This document shows, in pieces, positions 59,999-64,000 of a DNA stretch of 64,000 nt. Source of the stretch: Capsulimonadales bacterium (GTDB lineage Bacteria; Armatimonadota; Armatimonadia; Armatimonadales; Armatimonadaceae); the NCBI GenBank assembly GCA_033762295.1, contig JANRLW010000071.1:1-64000 (forward strand), in the 5' to 3' direction. Position numbers and translations under genes: made by a program. The notes beneath the pieces were generated by a model that was given only the letters and a program-made list of their open reading frames with translations, was not told the origin of the DNA and made no database searches. Each line of letters starts with the position of its first letter. Within the stretch, counting starts at the first letter, position 1.

Positions 59999-61078
59999 CT
60001 ACTCCTCATCGACCGTGGTTTCCTCCGGCCCCGCATCGACCGTCTTTCCTTCCAGCCCCGCCAATCGGCGTTCCATATCGCGCACTTTCCGCAGCAGGTC
60101 CGGGAGAAAGCTGAGCGCCGCATTCACCTTCAGCGTGTCCTTGTGCGCGCGCGGACCGTAACCGGAAACGAACGCGCCGGCCGGGACATCCCCCATCACT
60201 CCGGCCTGCGCGCCGATCACCACCCGGTCCCCGATCTTGACCTGTTCCTTAACCCCGGACTGCCCGGCAATAATCACATGGTTACCCACTTCGACGCCGC
60301 CGGCAAGGCCGACCTGCGCCACCAGGATACAATCCTCGCCGATCTGGCAGTTGTGCCCGATATGGACCATGTTGTCGATCTTGGTGCCGTTTCCGACTCG
60401 CGTGGTGCCGGTTCGCGCCCGGTCGATCGTTACATTCGCACCGATCTCGACATCGTTCCCGACCTGGACGTTTCCGATCTGCGGTATCTTGCGATGCTTG
60501 CCTTGCATCGTCAGGTAGCCGAAACCATCGGCGCCGAGAACGGTCCCGGAGTGGAGGATGCAGTTCGACCCGACGATCGTCCCGCGCAGCAGGGTTACCT
60601 GCGGCCCGATCACGGTGTTGTCGCCGACCTCGACATCGTCTCCGAGATAGCATAGCGGATGGATGGTCACATTCTCACCGAGCCGGACGTTCTCGCCGAG
60701 AACCGAATTCGCGCCGATGGAGACATTCGCGCCGTACCGAAAGTCCGATCCGTACACGACCGTGGGATCGATGCCGCGTCGGGCGTACTGCTCCGGGGCG
60801 AACAGATCGAGGAGCTGCGCGAAGGCGAGTCGGGGATTGGCGACCTGGATCATCACCTTTCCGCCGTTCACGGCGGCGTTCTCCGGGGCCAGAATTGCCG
60901 TTGCCATCGACTGTTCCGCATTATGCAGGAAACGCACGCTTTCGGCGAACGTAATGTCGCCGTTTCGCGCCTCCTCAATGGATGCAATCCCCCGGATGAC
61001 CGTTTCCGGGTCGCCCTGCACACGCCCTTTGACCACCTGGGCCAGTTCGGCGACCGTACGCTCCCTGCGCTCTTTCAC
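59999..61078 (-). CDS. lpxD: UDP-3-O-acyl-glucosamine N-acyltransferase; GTG start inferred
   Basis: Hexapeptide repeats, GADGFGY, KIPQIG, IDRA, KIDNMVHIGHN. Confidence 0.96.
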   Translation of the reverse strand: MKERRERTVAELAQVVKGRVQGDPETVIRGIASIEEARNGDITFAESVRFLHNAEQSMATAILAPENAAVNGGKVMIQVANPRLAFAQLLDLFAPEQYARRGIDPTVVYGSDFRYGANVSIGANSVLGENVRLGENVTIHPLCYLGDDVEVGDNTVIGPQVTLLRGTIVGSNCILHSGTVLGADGFGYLTMQGKHRKIPQIGNVQVGNDVEIGANVTIDRARTGTTRVGNGTKIDNMVHIGHNCQIGEDCILVAQVGLAGGVEVGNHVIIAGQSGVKEQVKIGDRVVIGAQAGVMGDVPAGAFVSGYGPRAHKDTLKVNAALSFLPDLLRKVRDMERRLAGLEGKTVDAGPEETTVDEE

Positions 61079-61259
61079 AACGATTTCCTTCCTCGACCCG
61101 CCGCTTCTTCCCCATCGTGCGCCCCGTACGAAAACGGCAGTCCTGACATCGGCAAGTTCTCTGGCGAATTGGAGGTTACAGGAAGGAGAAGGTTTCCGCT
61201 GTTTTACGAATGCGCCGTTTTTTTGCGACTTCGTCCGGTGTTTCGTCACCGGTGTTTCG

Positions 61260-62618
61260 TCAAAGGGAAGGACGGCTTACGCCGGACGGCACCCCCGGGA
61301 GTTGCCCCGGTTTCATCTCGCTCAGGAACCGGTCGGTCACGTCGGTCCGTCCGATGATCTCCGCCGGCGGGTTACCGGGGGCGACCGTTCGGACGAGCAC
61401 GATATCCGGATACCGGGTCGCCGCCATATCCAGCACTCGCCCGCGGACCGCGCGGAGGATGGTCGCTTCAAGGCGGCGGCGTTGATCCGCCAGACGGTCC
61501 GCCGCCGCCGTCGCGTTTTGTGCCAGGAGAGTGGCGGGCGTCGGTCCGCCCGCAGGGCCGGCGAAACGCAGTGTCTCGGCGCCCTGCCCTGACTCCTGCG
61601 CGGCGCGAACGGTCGCCCGGGTGTTGCTGCGTTCGAAGGCGATCGCTTCCGGAATGGCGCGTTCCTGCCGGATCAGTCGGTTCGGCAGATCCGTATCCGT
61701 CACGGACTCTCGCAGAAACTCTCGTATTGCCGCTTCCCGGATCGCCCGGTTCCGCTCGGACAGTTCCGCCAGCAGACGATCCCCTTCCTGCCGAATCCGG
61801 TCCAGTTTTGCCGTCAACTCGAGCAAAAGGGCATCCTGCGTCTGATATTTCTTTTCCAGACGCGCCCGCATGCTGACCCCGTACGCCTCCGGGTTTCGTT
61901 CCAGAAGAGCGATCTCCTCCTGAACGATCCGTTCGGCCTCCTCATCAAAGGCCGGGGTACGTGGCGTTCGACGATCGAGAACCACCAGAGGAACCGCCGG
62001 ATTCCGCAACTGGCCGTTCAAAACCGCCAGGCGCGACCGTACGGTCGCCACGTCCGTTGAGACCGCTCCGCGAAGGCGCGCCACCGTTTCATCGATGATC
62101 TCCTGGCGTTGACTCTCCTCGCGCTGCAGGCTGGCGGCAATCAGTTCGGCCCGCTTTTCGGTTTCTCGTTGTTCGGCCAGGCGACGTTCCCGGTCCCGAT
62201 ATTCGGTCAGGAAGGCGTTCCGCTGATTTTCCGCGTTCCTCTGAAGCCGGTCGAAATGCGCCTCCTGTCGGGCGGCCAGCGACGAGAGGTAAGGGGTCGT
62301 GACCGGGCCTGCGGGTAGCGGGGGGAGAACGAACTCCGCAAGTCGGGGTTCGGCCGTTTCCGAACGCTCGTCCCGCAGACGCGCCTCCAGTTGACGAAGT
62401 CGCTCCACTTCCGCCTGGAGAGGGTGTGCGGCGACGAGCGGCGCAAGACGCACAAAAACCGGACGGGGTGCGACCGGCGGCTCCTTCGCCACCTGTCGAC
62501 ACCCCGTCAACGAAATCGCCCCGAAAATCGCCAGGAACGTCCGGCCGACCCGTCGGTCGGCCGGACGCGTTCCGGTCGATCCATTTGTTGATCTATTTGT
62601 TGATCTGTTTGATGACAT
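61260..62618 (-). CDS. Lipoprotein with long coiled coil and Skp/OmpH-like termini
   Basis: Lipobox LTGC; FVRLAPLVAAHP near the N-terminus, DVTDRFLSEM near the C-terminus; E/R/Q/A-rich core. Confidence 0.7.
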   Translation of the reverse strand: MSSNRSTNRSTNGSTGTRPADRRVGRTFLAIFGAISLTGCRQVAKEPPVAPRPVFVRLAPLVAAHPLQAEVERLRQLEARLRDERSETAEPRLAEFVLPPLPAGPVTTPYLSSLAARQEAHFDRLQRNAENQRNAFLTEYRDRERRLAEQRETEKRAELIAASLQREESQRQEIIDETVARLRGAVSTDVATVRSRLAVLNGQLRNPAVPLVVLDRRTPRTPAFDEEAERIVQEEIALLERNPEAYGVSMRARLEKKYQTQDALLLELTAKLDRIRQEGDRLLAELSERNRAIREAAIREFLRESVTDTDLPNRLIRQERAIPEAIAFERSNTRATVRAAQESGQGAETLRFAGPAGGPTPATLLAQNATAAADRLADQRRRLEATILRAVRGRVLDMAATRYPDIVLVRTVAPGNPPAEIIGRTDVTDRFLSEMKPGQLPGVPSGVSRPSL

Positions 62619-63240
62619 CCTGTGTGATATCGTTCGCGGTCCATATCGCGACCTGGCTGTCGAATACGGCGGAAAGCCCCTTATCCTGTGCGATTTTTGC
62701 GATGACCGCCTTGATTTCGGAGACCGTCTTGTTGTTCAACTCGACCTGTCGGGCGTTGATACGTTTCGAAAAATCGTCGTTGATCGCTTTCATGACGGCG
62801 AGTCCCTTCTCTTCGGTTTCACGCAATTGTCCGAACTGCTGCTGCTGTTCGTCCGTCGGGTTCGCCGTGTTCTCCAGATTCCGTTTCCGGGCGGCCTTCG
62901 CGTTTCCGCTGTCCTCCAGCGCGGTAATCCGTTTTTTGTCCGCGTCCGTCTTGTTGGCTTTTTCGTACAGGACGGCCAGTTCCTTGATTTCCGCCTCGGC
63001 CAGGAACCGGGCATTCACATTCTGCAGGGATTCGAGAACGCCGTTCAGACCGCTCGCCATCTGGGTCAGTTCGGCGACATCCTTCTGACGCGCCTTGGAT
63101 TCGTTCAGGACTTGCGCCACATCCACATGCCCGAACAGGGGGGCGCCATTCTTCTTCTCCTGCGCCCTCGCCGTGGAAACCAGTCCGAGCAACCCGACGA
63201 CCACCGCAACAAAGGTTAACAAACTTCTATTGAGTCTCAA
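62593..63240 (-). CDS. skp: Periplasmic chaperone Skp/OmpH
   Basis: Signal peptide, GHVDVAQVL, IAKIAQDKGLSAVFD, DITQDVI; follows bamA. Confidence 0.9.
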   Translation of the reverse strand: MRLNRSLLTFVAVVVGLLGLVSTARAQEKKNGAPLFGHVDVAQVLNESKARQKDVAELTQMASGLNGVLESLQNVNARFLAEAEIKELAVLYEKANKTDADKKRITALEDSGNAKAARKRNLENTANPTDEQQQQFGQLRETEEKGLAVMKAINDDFSKRINARQVELNNKTVSEIKAVIAKIAQDKGLSAVFDSQVAIWTANDITQDVIKQINK

Positions 63241-63347
63241 GATTTTCTCCTGCGCGATCCGAATGGAAAAGGGATTCCGGAAAACAAGCGACGAAACCGA
63301 CCGACGCCGATGGCTAATTCCCCGTCGGCGGACAATCCCCCTCCTGC

Positions 63348-64000
63348 TTAAAACGCCTGTCCGATGGAGAAGTGCGTCCGGGTGGTCTCTCCCCGCCCCA
63401 GGTCGAGGCGCACCGGCCCGACCGGCGTCCGCAATCGAACCCCGAAACCGGCGCCGATACGGGGTCCGAAGCCGCTATGCTGGCCGAATCCGGGGATGTT
63501 CTCCCGGTTGAGCGAACTGGCACCCCAGGCATCGCCGACATCGAGGAACGTCACCAGAGTCAGGCTCCCGCTTCGTCGATCCAGCGGAATGCGCAACTCC
63601 ACCGAGGTCAGGAACAGGTTGTTTCCCCAGAAACGGTCGTCGGCGAAACCGCGCAGGTTATCCGCGCCGCCCATGAAGAACTGTTCGGCGAACGCCAGGT
63701 TTCCGCCCGACGTTCCGAGCAGCGTTCGAACCGCCAGTACGGTTTTCGGTTCGCGCAGGGTGACGCGCGGGGTTCGCGAGAGGTTGAAGTAACGACGGGA
63801 ATCGACTACGAACTTGGTGAAGCCCCCCCGCTGGTTCCGTTCGTCGACGAGAACACGCGGAACGTCCGGGGTCTCCGTCGTACTGATAAAGGCCGGATTC
63901 AACCGGGGTTTCTGCGATGAGAACGCCGCCGAACCGACTTCGACCGAGGGAGACAGATAGAACCCGGCCGCCGGGTCCTGCTCGTTATCCCGCGTGTTCG
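63348..64000 (-). CDS. bamA: Omp85/BamA outer membrane assembly factor, C-terminal part (continues off the right edge)
   Basis: FFMGGADNLRGF, SVELRIP, FLDVGDAW, TPVGPVRLD, C-terminal FSIGQAF. Confidence 0.93.
   Translation of the reverse strand, partial: NTRDNEQDPAAGFYLSPSVEVGSAAFSSQKPRLNPAFISTTETPDVPRVLVDERNQRGGFTKFVVDSRRYFNLSRTPRVTLREPKTVLAVRTLLGTSGGNLAFAEQFFMGGADNLRGFADDRFWGNNLFLTSVELRIPLDRRSGSLTLVTFLDVGDAWGASSLNRENIPGFGQHSGFGPRIGAGFGVRLRTPVGPVRLDLGRGETTRTHFSIGQAF

Overview
GC-rich bacterial chromosome segment, most likely Armatimonadota. Evidence: a DUF1559/H-X9-DG prepilin protein with the '[12 protein letters not shown]' motif, plus diderm lpx/bamA genes alongside Terrabacteria-type dcw genes (DUF881, sbp). 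From left to right it holds the 5' part of a 16S rRNA gene with its promoter, an intact single-ORF IS66-family element with 8-bp target duplication just upstream of gyrB, accessory metabolic genes, an L10-leader-controlled rplJ-rplL locus, femX-alr, three tandem type IV pilin-like genes, xerD, the dcw cluster (mraZ to ftsZ, without murG and murB), a ROK kinase and the bamA-skp-lpxD-lpxC/fabZ-lpxA-lpxB-msbA-DUF374 operon. Most unusual observations: (1) rplJ has no stop codon and runs in frame into rplL, and L10 has an extra 11-aa L12-binding segment; (2) tandem NrdR-box-like sites with 31-bp spacing lie near both the mraZ and ftsZ promoters; (3) the three pilins share a Cys3-His putative Zn site and show mosaic sequence; (4) an AAA_35 STAND ATPase is fused to a TonB-C-like domain; (5) an elongated lipoprotein Skp paralog; (6) an unexplained structured, G-rich intergenic element. 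All calls come from reading the sequence; no database searches were run.
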